From positions 2,808,567 through 2,872,566 of the forward strand of contig OZ257127.1 in NCBI GenBank assembly GCA_965278965.1: a stretch of DNA of 64,000 nucleotides, read 5' to 3'. Shown piece after piece: positions 18,497 through 25,117 of the stretch. The translations under genes and the position numbers were made by a program. The notes beneath the pieces are model-generated. The model was not told the DNA's origin, made no database searches, and saw only the letters and a program-made list of their open reading frames with translations. Position 1 is the stretch's first letter, and each line of letters opens with the position of its first letter. Source of the DNA: Actinomycetes bacterium. Lineage in GTDB: Bacteria; Actinomycetota; Actinomycetes; S36-B12.

Positions 18497-19555
18497 ATGG
18501 GGGATAGGCGGGGGTTTGTCGCGTTCACGGCGCTGGTGGTCGTCCTTGGTGTTGGCCTGGCCGCTCCGGGAGCGCAAGCAGCATCCGATGGTTCCAAGTG
18601 CTCAAAGGCTGGCTCGACCACGCAGAGCGGAAAGACGACTCTGAAGTGCGTTCGACTTGTCAGCGGTTCCTTCTGGCTGAAGTTGACGCCTGCGCCGTCC
18701 TCGTCGGCAGCCGGCATGTCGCAGCTCGCGAAGTGGCGTTCCGCCCTGACTCCCGCATGGACCGCTGACGCTGAAGCCCTGCTCGCACCAGAGAAGCTGC
18801 AGGCGGTCGCGGAGGCGGTTGCTCCGGTGCAAGCCGACCGGGATGCGAAGGCCGCGGTCGTCGCCCAGTCGAATGCGTCGACGGCTGCGATCAAGTCTCA
18901 GATCGACGCCCTGCCAGGGCAGATCAGCAGTGCGACCGCGGCCCTGCAGAAGGCGAACGCTGCTGTCGTTCAGCCGCGTGCCGACGCCGACGCGGCAAGG
19001 GCTAAGACCAGTGCGCTGCGGCCTGCGTACCTAGCAGCGAGCGACGCTCAGTACCAGATTCTCAAGTGTCAGGCGGCTGCGAAATACAACCCTTCGCTCT
19101 TGCCTTGCGGAAGCACCGCCCCGTACGACCTGCTCATTGCGCAATATCGCTCGGCGGAAGTGGCTGAGACTCTCGCGGTCGCGACCTACAACGCCTACGT
19201 GCGTGCCTCGAGTCAGAAGCTCGCCGACCTACAGGCACTGCTCAAGCAACAGACGGACCTACCGGGCCAGTACGACACCGCGCTTGCCCAGGCACGGAAC
19301 GATCAGACGATCCTCGACGACGCCGACCGCGCGCTCCAGGCGGCGACTGGCCGAGTAGTAGCGCAAGCGACCCTGCGCACCGCGCTCAATCGACTGTCGA
19401 GTTCGACTCAGAGCACCAGGAAGGCCCTCTCAGTTCGTCTAACGGGAAGTTCGTGGAGCGGCGCATTCCAAAGCTCGGCACTGGCCGCCGCCAAGCATCG
19501 AGTCCTCGCCGCGCAGGCGCAGCGCGCGTACGCGCAACTGGCCGCACTGGGCTAG
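18497..19555 (+). CDS. secreted Ala/Gln-rich coiled-coil-like protein of unknown function
   Basis: Signal peptide (FVAFTALVVVLGVGLAAPGAQA), a small Cys-containing N-terminal module, then a long Ala/Gln-rich helical region. Lower-GC codons than the core genome. Confidence 0.6.
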   Translation: MGDRRGFVAFTALVVVLGVGLAAPGAQAASDGSKCSKAGSTTQSGKTTLKCVRLVSGSFWLKLTPAPSSSAAGMSQLAKWRSALTPAWTADAEALLAPEKLQAVAEAVAPVQADRDAKAAVVAQSNASTAAIKSQIDALPGQISSATAALQKANAAVVQPRADADAARAKTSALRPAYLAASDAQYQILKCQAAAKYNPSLLPCGSTAPYDLLIAQYRSAEVAETLAVATYNAYVRASSQKLADLQALLKQQTDLPGQYDTALAQARNDQTILDDADRALQAATGRVVAQATLRTALNRLSSSTQSTRKALSVRLTGSSWSGAFQSSALAAAKHRVLAAQAQRAYAQLAALG

Positions 19556-19662
19556 GTGGGTCGGAAGGCCGCCCACGGCTAGCACGCTCACCTAGCCACT
19601 CAGCGCCATGGCGGCAGTCGTGGATCCTGACAATCATGTTGCAGCGCAGTATCGTTCGAGTG

Positions 19663-19688
19663 TGGCTCCGGCAGGATTCGAACCGGCA
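19663..19688 (-). repeat. Copy of the 3' 26 nt of tRNA-Arg(CCT), T-arm plus acceptor end; att-like remnant
   Basis: 23/26 identical to 24983-25008, with a perfect 17-nt core ccggcaggattcgaacc. Upstream sequence is unrelated to a tRNA. Confidence 0.65.
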
Positions 19689-19952
19689 TCGGACTGGCTT
19701 TGCTCTCTGGTGGATAGGTCCTAGTTCGATTTCGATCACATCGGAAACCCCTAGGCCTATCTAGCGGAGGGGCACTACTCGATGGCGGCCTCGAACGCCT
19801 TGCAGCCGAGCAGAACTGCGTTTCCCGCTAGCACCAGCGAAGCCACCGTCCTCGTCATCGTCCGGCTGTCTATCTGCTGGCGAACGTGTTCCTAGTCGGG
19901 CGAGGTCCTAGAGCCCTTCCGTCTCCTGTCGGAGGGGGTTCTTCGTTCGGGG

Positions 19953-20627
19953 CTAGACGTTGCGGCGATGATCTAGGTACTTCTGCCACCACTCTCGGAC
20001 CATCGAACCGACTGGCTCCTGCACCAAGGGCCCGGTGACTGCCGGTGCCTCTGCGCCTGCCACCGTCGCCGTTCTTGCCTCGGGCGGCATCCAGGGAGCC
20101 TCGCCGGCCTCATCGGCGGCGTTGTCGAGTGCGTCTGCTTCCGCGCGAAGGTCCTCGATCTCACGCTTCGTGGGGATCAGTTTGCGTCGAATCGCATAGA
20201 TCTCTTCCTGGACAACCTGACCGGTCGGAGTGCTATACACCGCGATACGAGTGCGGCGGTGAGCGTCCTTCCACCAGAAGTAGACAACCGCCGTCAACAG
20301 GGCGAGGCCAAGCAGGAGCGACCGAAACAGGGTGAGCAGTACCGAGATGCTCACGCCCACAACTCCGGTACCCGTCAGCCAGGGATTGTCTGCCGGCCTG
20401 CTGATTACGTAACTGTCACCGTCCTTGGAGTCGACGGTGAAACCCCCAGCGACGGCGTCGTTGACAGCGCTCTCAAGCCTTGCTCGTGCCTCTTCTGGAG
20501 GGAGTGGAACCGGAGGTTTGGGCACCCAGTTCCGACCGTCCCAGACCAGGGTCACCTTCTCGTCCCCGGCCTCCTTGCCGTTTAGCAGGAAGTCCCCCAT
20601 GGCGAAAACGTAGCCGAGACCTCCCAT
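19953..20627 (-). CDS. hypothetical membrane protein: N-terminal soluble domain, TM segment(s), C-terminal charged helix
   Basis: 224-aa ORF with a hydrophobic stretch (VVGVSISVLLTLFRSLLLGLALLTAVVYFWW). Its ATG directly follows the TGA of micro-ORF 1 (TGAATG). An alternative ATG is at 20600. Confidence 0.6.
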   Translation of the reverse strand: MGGLGYVFAMGDFLLNGKEAGDEKVTLVWDGRNWVPKPPVPLPPEEARARLESAVNDAVAGGFTVDSKDGDSYVISRPADNPWLTGTGVVGVSISVLLTLFRSLLLGLALLTAVVYFWWKDAHRRTRIAVYSTPTGQVVQEEIYAIRRKLIPTKREIEDLRAEADALDNAADEAGEAPWMPPEARTATVAGAEAPAVTGPLVQEPVGSMVREWWQKYLDHRRNV

Positions 20628-20711
20628 TCACGGACCTGGGAAACACGTATCACCGGAGCTGGACGCTGCCTCGTGCCGCCTCCGTCGGGCGTCGTTCAGC
20701 ATCGCCCACAT
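20628..20711 (-). CDS. candidate micro-ORF 1 (27 aa, MWAMLNDARRRRHEAASSSGDTCFPGP)
   Basis: Paralogous to 22759-22851. The shared 34-nt core (20682-20715) differs at 3 positions, all synonymous in this frame. The stop abuts the next gene's ATG. No clear SD; upstream GTG 20738 and TTG 20735 are also possible starts. Confidence 0.35.
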   Translation of the reverse strand: MWAMLNDARRRRHEAASSSGDTCFPGP

Positions 20712-20765
20712 CGCCGACGATTTGCGACTTGGCAACACCCAAGCGATCCCCTGAACAGTAAGTCG

Positions 20766-21506
20766 CTATACCAGCCAGTCGATCGTGGCCGAATCGCCCA
20801 CAGCTTCTAGTAGGTCGATGATTCGACGCCGTCCTCGCCCCAGGTCTGTCCACATGAGTTCCTCTATGGCGACGATATAGAGGGTCGTTGAGTCTTCTCC
20901 ATGTTGCTGAAGCGTCACCTTGATGCTTGCATGCCACGAGGTGAGCCTCACGCCCTGGGTGAACACAAGGCGCGACGGCAGAGTGCTACGGCCTTTCGCC
21001 AGTCGAAATCCGATATGGGCTGCGGCTTGGAGGAGCCGGTCCGCGGTTTGATCGATCGGGAGATCAACATGGGCGGTTGCCTCGTGGGTTGCTCCGCGCG
21101 CGCTCGTCACTGTCGGTGGCCGAGCCGCGGGGGGCGAGAGGAGCTCGCCTGTGAGCTGGTCTGGGTGCGGCACCGTGTGGTCAGTCCAGACGTGCCCGTT
21201 CCAGTAGCGCAGCTGGTCGGTCGCGTTGGGTTCGGGGTTGGCGTACCAGCCCGGCGACGGCGACGCCGACGACGACGTCATCGAGCTCACGAGCCGGACG
21301 CCCTCAACCACGATCCAGATTGCCAGTCCTCCGCCGACACAAACTAGGACAAGGCCCGAATTGAACATGACTTCGGAATATCGGTCAGGGGTGATGCTGA
21401 CGCTTATCAGCACGAACGCAGCGATTTCAACGACGAACAAGATCGCGATGCCGACACCCAACTTGATCACGCCGACCTTGGCCCTGCGTTCCATCTCGCT
21501 TCCCAT
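20766..21506 (-). CDS. membrane protein with two TM helices, a DUF2510-like motif and an unknown C-terminal domain
   Basis: GWYANPEPNATDQLRYWNGHVWTDH matches the DUF2510 GWYPDP..RYWDG..WT pattern. The start is set at ATG 21506 (or 21494), because the 82-aa upstream extension of ORF 20766-21752 is Arg/Pro-rich and overlaps a divergent ORF. Confidence 0.6.
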   Translation of the reverse strand: MGSEMERRAKVGVIKLGVGIAILFVVEIAAFVLISVSITPDRYSEVMFNSGLVLVCVGGGLAIWIVVEGVRLVSSMTSSSASPSPGWYANPEPNATDQLRYWNGHVWTDHTVPHPDQLTGELLSPPAARPPTVTSARGATHEATAHVDLPIDQTADRLLQAAAHIGFRLAKGRSTLPSRLVFTQGVRLTSWHASIKVTLQQHGEDSTTLYIVAIEELMWTDLGRGRRRIIDLLEAVGDSATIDWLV

Positions 21507-21637
21507 CCCCCGACGCGCACGGTTGCGGCGGCGTGGCACCGTCGCTGCGCTCCAAAGTATGTCGCGTGAAGTGATCGGCCGGTCGGTTCGGGATCCGCTT
21601 GTCGTCCCGAGGCAATTGATAGCTGTGAAGTCCGTGC

Positions 21638-22021
21638 TTGGCGGCGCCGGGCGACCGGCGTGCCTATCCTGAGGGAGTGAGTCAGCCGTCGCCTCTGGGG
21701 CAGGCTGCTGCCTATAACGCGGCTCTAGCCAAGGGCCAGCAGTGGGTTCCATGGCAGTTGGTAAGTGAAGGTCCAGGGCTCGCGACGATCTTCAACATCG
21801 GGTCAACGGCGGCGCTACGCGTTCGTGTGGCGGCCGAACCCGGCACAGAGCTAGTCGAAGTCGAAGGTCCAGTCGACGACGTTGGGCCTGGTCGCTATTT
21901 GACGATCCGTTTCCGAGCGAGCTGGGCTGGCCCCCCGACGTTCGTCGTTCGGTGGCGCTGGCCGGCAGGGAGCCGACTGGGTGAGGTCGGCAAGCAGGTT
22001 CTCTCACTCGAAGACGCCTAG
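21638..22021 (+). CDS. hypothetical protein
   Basis: 127-aa ORF divergent from the DUF2510 gene, with protein-like composition. Start is uncertain (TTG 21638 or GTG 21677). Two small hairpins follow the stop. Confidence 0.4.
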   Translation: MAAPGDRRAYPEGVSQPSPLGQAAAYNAALAKGQQWVPWQLVSEGPGLATIFNIGSTAALRVRVAAEPGTELVEVEGPVDDVGPGRYLTIRFRASWAGPPTFVVRWRWPAGSRLGEVGKQVLSLEDA

Positions 22022-22157
22022 TGAGGCAGGCTAATGGCCTGGCGGTACTCCGGCTACGGGGGAGGACATTTCGAGACGTCCTCAGACGCGTTGCTTGCGC
22101 GTCAGACTCGCCAACTTACTTGGGAGTCGTTGCGCAGTGGCGTCGCGTTGAACTAGT

Positions 22158-22167
22158 GGGGGGGGGG
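22158..22167 (+). repeat. Homopolymeric G10 tract 2 nt upstream of a GTG start codon
   Basis: Counted directly: 10 consecutive G at 22158-22167, followed by CT and then GTG 22170. Confidence 0.9.
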
Positions 22168-22169
22168 CT

Positions 22170-22463
22170 GTGGGCCGGCTGTTACGAGTTCTCATTGCTG
22201 CTGCCTGCTGGGCCGCCGCGCTCCTGTTTTCGTTTATCTCCTTCACGGTCGCTGAGCTTGCGTTGGCGGTGGCTTTTGCAGTGGCATTCGTAGGAGCCGC
22301 CCTAACCGCCGGAATCATCTACGCAGTGATCGCGCCGTGGACCTTCGTTCGGGTTCTCGCGTTCACGGTGGGGTTGTACGTGGTTGGCGTAGTCCTGATG
22401 AGCGCTTCGCTCGTCCCAGCTGTCATCGCGAGAGCGAACTACACCGTCCTGTCGACAGGGTAA
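22170..22463 (+). CDS. small hydrophobic membrane protein (about 3 TM)
   Basis: 97-aa ORF that is almost entirely hydrophobic (LIAAACWAAALLFSFISFTVAELALAVAFAVAFVGAAL...). Confidence 0.5.
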   Translation: MGRLLRVLIAAACWAAALLFSFISFTVAELALAVAFAVAFVGAALTAGIIYAVIAPWTFVRVLAFTVGLYVVGVVLMSASLVPAVIARANYTVLSTG

Positions 22464-22469
22464 GAGGTC

Positions 22470-22688
22470 GTGCGGCTGGCGGCATTCTTGGCGGCCTTGT
22501 CGCTGTTCATCGTCGGCGTGCGATACATCGCGGCAACCGTCGGGATTCAAGTGATCGAGAGCGGGAAGCGTCACGGTGTCGACCGCTCGGAAGACACGGC
22601 GCTCCTTCTAGGACCGTTCCTTCGGGAGTTCCGGCTCACTACCGGGCAAGGGAAGGCGCCCGGAGGCAGCCAGGCGCCCGACGACTAG
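22470..22688 (+). CDS. small membrane protein (1 TM plus a charged tail)
   Basis: 72-aa ORF starting 6 nt after the previous TAA. N-terminal TM segment (LAAFLAALSLFIVGV). Confidence 0.4.
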   Translation: MRLAAFLAALSLFIVGVRYIAATVGIQVIESGKRHGVDRSEDTALLLGPFLREFRLTTGQGKAPGGSQAPDD

Positions 22689-22758
22689 TTGCGGATCGGC
22701 CGGTTGTCAGAGTCGTGCTCGTTCGGCTTCCGTCTTCGCCCGACCAGCGGAGGCGGTG

Positions 22759-22851
22759 CTAGCCGTTTCGTGGCTCGCCTCCAGCGGCTCGGACGGCCTC
22801 GGCCTCATAGCGCTGCCGTCGGGCATCGTTCAACATTGCCCACATCGCCAT
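22759..22851 (-). CDS. candidate micro-ORF 2 (30 aa, MAMWAMLNDARRQRYEAEAVRAAGGEPRNG)
   Basis: Paralogue of micro-ORF 1. The core 22816-22849 is 31/34 identical, and the differences are GCG/GCA, CTG/TTG and GAC/GAT, all synonymous. Confidence 0.3.
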   Translation of the reverse strand: MAMWAMLNDARRQRYEAEAVRAAGGEPRNG

Positions 22852-22867
22852 GACCGGGTCTACGTCG

Positions 22868-23197
22868 TCAGGTGGCTGCTAGGGGCTGGCTGGGTCGTCC
22901 ATGGCGGGAGTATCCGCAGACTTGGGTCCGGTCAAACCTGGCCTCAAGCGTCCGGGTCAATGCCCCAGTTCTGGAGGTAGGCGCGAAGCGCCTGTATCCA
23001 CGTTCGGCGGCACCCGGTGCTGTCGTCGACATCGGACGACGACGAGCAGTACGTATGGGGGAAGGCAGCCGATCGCTTGTACCGCTGACGGCGACTTCTG
23101 CTGTCGTCAGAAGCGCGGCCTTCACCTCACCCTCTGTTGGCGCTGCGGACACCGGCTGGGCGAGCACTAGGCCCGCCGTCACTGCTCCGACCGCCAA
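22868..23197 (-). pseudogene. possible eroded or frameshifted small secreted-protein gene
   Basis: Signal-peptide-like start (RRFVLLAVGAVTAGLVLAQPVSAAP) but no ATG/GTG for it. The second half of the 109-aa frame is Arg/Pro-rich, while another frame gives the more protein-like ...TWIQALRAYLQNWGIDPDA*. Confidence 0.3.
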
Positions 23198-23339
23198 CAG
23201 AACGAACCGTCGCGCTATGTCCTGGATCGCCCTCCGACCTCCGGAAACGTACCCAGCCGGAACGATCTTTGGTGCGACTCACCGGGCGCTGACGACCGCG
23301 AGGTCCGTCCCGTCGAGCTCGTTCCTACAGCCACCGCCG

Positions 23340-23996
23340 CTACCCGCAGTATTCGGAAACGACCTGCTGCACAACCGCGCCGGCTGCTTGCTCGCCGAGC
23401 CCGACTGCCTTGCCAATCTCGACCACCCGGCCGATCTCAGAGGTGCTGAGTGTCATCGACGCGCATCCACGCGAGGCGCCGTCCTGCGTCACTTGCGTAG
23501 ACCAAAGGAGAAGCTCCCGATACGCCTCAGTCCGGCCCGCGAGGGAGAAGGGTTCCGGCATCTTCACCGAGCCGCACAGCCAGTTGAGAATCGCCGTCCC
23601 AACTGTTTCGGCGTCCGCAGAGATGTCCGGCAGTCCGACGATCTCCCCCTGCGACGAATCCTCCTGTTCCAGCCCTTGCAGAACGGACGCACCATATTCG
23701 ACGGCTCCGTCGGGCGAGGAGAACTTCTCGCAGCCGTCCTTCCAGCCCGGCTCGGTCAACTCGCCGCTCTCAATGCTGTAGGAGACCATTGCCTCGCTAA
23801 ACGCGATGGCCGCCTTCAGCCCCGCAGCATGAACGCTCGACGCGGCATTCATGCCCGTCGCACCAGAAGCGGGCTGAGCGGTCGGCGCACCAGAAGTCGG
23901 CAGAGCGGTCGACGAATCGGCCGATGTCGAGCACCCTGCCAGCGCCAGACTCGCAACTGCCGCGAATACGGCGAAAGCTGTCCTTGTCCGCCTCAT
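23340..23996 (-). CDS. lipoprotein of unknown function
   Basis: Signal peptide with lipobox (AAVASLALAGCSTS), a Ser/Thr/Ala/Pro-rich linker, and a Cys-containing globular domain. Confidence 0.7.
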   Translation of the reverse strand: MRRTRTAFAVFAAVASLALAGCSTSADSSTALPTSGAPTAQPASGATGMNAASSVHAAGLKAAIAFSEAMVSYSIESGELTEPGWKDGCEKFSSPDGAVEYGASVLQGLEQEDSSQGEIVGLPDISADAETVGTAILNWLCGSVKMPEPFSLAGRTEAYRELLLWSTQVTQDGASRGCASMTLSTSEIGRVVEIGKAVGLGEQAAGAVVQQVVSEYCG

Positions 23997-24100
23997 TCCC
24001 CCACCGCCCCCGGTATCAGCCAGCGAGTCGATCGCCGACCGGGAAGTCTAGTCGGGGACATTGGTTGTCGGTCGGTTGTCCCGAACTGGCCCGCCCTAGT

Positions 24101-24703
24101 GTGCTGCGGGTGTCCCGCATACCCCGCTGGGGAGTCGTCACGGCCGCGGCAGCCCCTGCGCTGCTCGTCACCGGATGGACGATCGCCGCGCGGCTGCAGC
24201 CGGGAGGCTTCGACTCCGCCACCCAGACGATCAGTGCGCTCGCGGCGGTTGACGCATCCCATCGCTGGGTCATGACCGCCGCCATCGTGGGAACGGGCGC
24301 GGCTCAGGTCGCGACAGCTGTCGCACTGCGGCCGGCAGCACGGACGGGCCGGATCCTGCTCGCGGCCGGTGGCGTGTGCACGATGCTCGTTGCCGCATTC
24401 CCGCTACCAGCCAGTTCGGGCACGTCGCCTGCGCATGTGGTCGCCGCCGCGGGGTCGTTCAGCTTGCTAGCGGCGTGGCCGCTGCTGAGCTGGCAGCGTG
24501 GGTCGGACGTGCCATGGGGCCTTCGGCGTCGTGTGGCGACGACGGCCGGGTGCGCTTTGGTGCTGGCCACGGCCTTGTTCTTCCTCGACGCCGCTACAGA
24601 CGGCGCATACATCGGACTCACGGAGCGTGCCGCAGCCGTACTGCTGAACCTGTGGCCGCTCGCCGTCGCGGTCTCAGCGAGCGCTACGAGGCGGGAAAGC
24701 TGA
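24101..24703 (+). CDS. DUF998-like integral membrane protein
   Basis: About 200 aa with about 6 TM. The pattern LQPGGFDSATQTISALAA..RWVMTAAIV is reminiscent of DUF998. Start is GTG 24101 or 24110, in frame within ORF 23924-24703. Confidence 0.55.
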   Translation: MLRVSRIPRWGVVTAAAAPALLVTGWTIAARLQPGGFDSATQTISALAAVDASHRWVMTAAIVGTGAAQVATAVALRPAARTGRILLAAGGVCTMLVAAFPLPASSGTSPAHVVAAAGSFSLLAAWPLLSWQRGSDVPWGLRRRVATTAGCALVLATALFFLDAATDGAYIGLTERAAAVLLNLWPLAVAVSASATRRES

Positions 24704-24982
24704 CCTTGGTGCAGGGTCGAGCGGGTGGTCGGCCGAGTTTGCGGATACAGGCCCTGGGTGGCGATCGTGTCCCAACCCGAACCGACTGACGGAGGGCTCA
24801 CCGCCTGTCGGTGGTCGACATGTACGGAGCACAGGGGGATTGCCGTGCCCCTAGCGTGCCCTAGCGAGATGCACGTTGGGGTCGCTGAGGGGCCGTCGGG
24901 GCCGCTTGAGGCCATCGCCGAACTGGTCTATACGCGTCTCTTCTGCGTTGCAAACAAGAAGAAATCGCGATCCGGCTTGAAG

Positions 24983-25055
24983 TGGCCCCGGCAGGATTCG
25001 AACCTGCGACACAAGGTTTAGGAAACCTCTGCTCTATCCCCTGAGCTACGGAGCC
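24983..25055 (-). tRNA. tRNA-Arg (anticodon CCT)
   Basis: Manually folded 73-nt cloverleaf: acceptor GGCTCCG/CGGGGCC, D-arm GCTC..GAGC, anticodon loop TTCCTAA, T-arm GCAGG-TTCGAAT-CCTGC, discriminator A. CCA is not encoded. Confidence 0.9.
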
Positions 25056-25117
25056 GGGCGTGCGCCAACAGGCGCAGCGTGATTCTAGGGAGCGGCAGCG
25101 CCCTCGCTCCGGCGTGG

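Larger units (their letters stand above)
19663..25055. mobile_element. Integrase-less low-GC genomic island at tRNA-Arg(CCT) (degenerate integrated element)
   Basis: Bounded by the intact tRNA and a direct repeat of its 3' end. 60-nt lines I counted give about 50-55% GC versus >70% outside. All cargo genes are membrane, secreted or unknown proteins. Confidence 0.5.

Noticed and set aside
19386-19739. 117-aa minus-strand ORF crossing the tRNA-Arg fragment at 19663-19688.
   Set aside because: It overlaps the 3' end of the secreted-protein gene on the antisense strand and runs through the att-like remnant. Its composition is not protein-like.
19775-19858. 27-codon minus-strand ORF MTRTVASLVLAGNAVLLGCKAFEAAIE with a lipobox-like LLGC.
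   Set aside because: It has no Shine-Dalgarno sequence and no paralogue or other conservation evidence in the window. It lies in CTAG-rich, apparently non-coding island-edge DNA. It is too short to support.
21565-21632. The short motif GTGAAGT(CC) recurs at 21567, 21626 and in the tRNA-Ala terminator (48154).
   Set aside because: The matches are only 7-9 nt and occur in unrelated contexts, which is consistent with chance.
21507-21752. 82-aa N-terminal extension of the DUF2510-like gene.
   Set aside because: It is Pro/Arg-rich with no TM or domain signal, and it overlaps the divergent ORF 21638-22021. Internal ATGs at 21506 and 21494 lie just before the first TM helix.
22021-22293. 90-aa ORF reading through the G10 tract.
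   Set aside because: It is Arg-rich and low-quality, and it overlaps the more convincing hydrophobic ORF 22170-22463 in another frame. It is relevant only as a potential frame partner if the tract length changes.
22872-24275. 467-aa plus-strand ORF spanning the island lipoprotein region.
   Set aside because: It is antisense to a lipoprotein gene with a proper signal peptide and lipobox. Its own translation is Arg/Pro/Ser-rich with no start context, so it is judged a shadow ORF.
24704-24982. I looked for an integrase or its remnant next to tRNA-Arg, including ORF 24304-24915 (minus) and ORF 24725-25021 (plus).
   Set aside because: Neither translation shows tyrosine- or serine-recombinase features (no R..HxxR..Y pattern). 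Both are low-complexity and overlap the DUF998 gene or the tRNA. The island is therefore reported as integrase-less.
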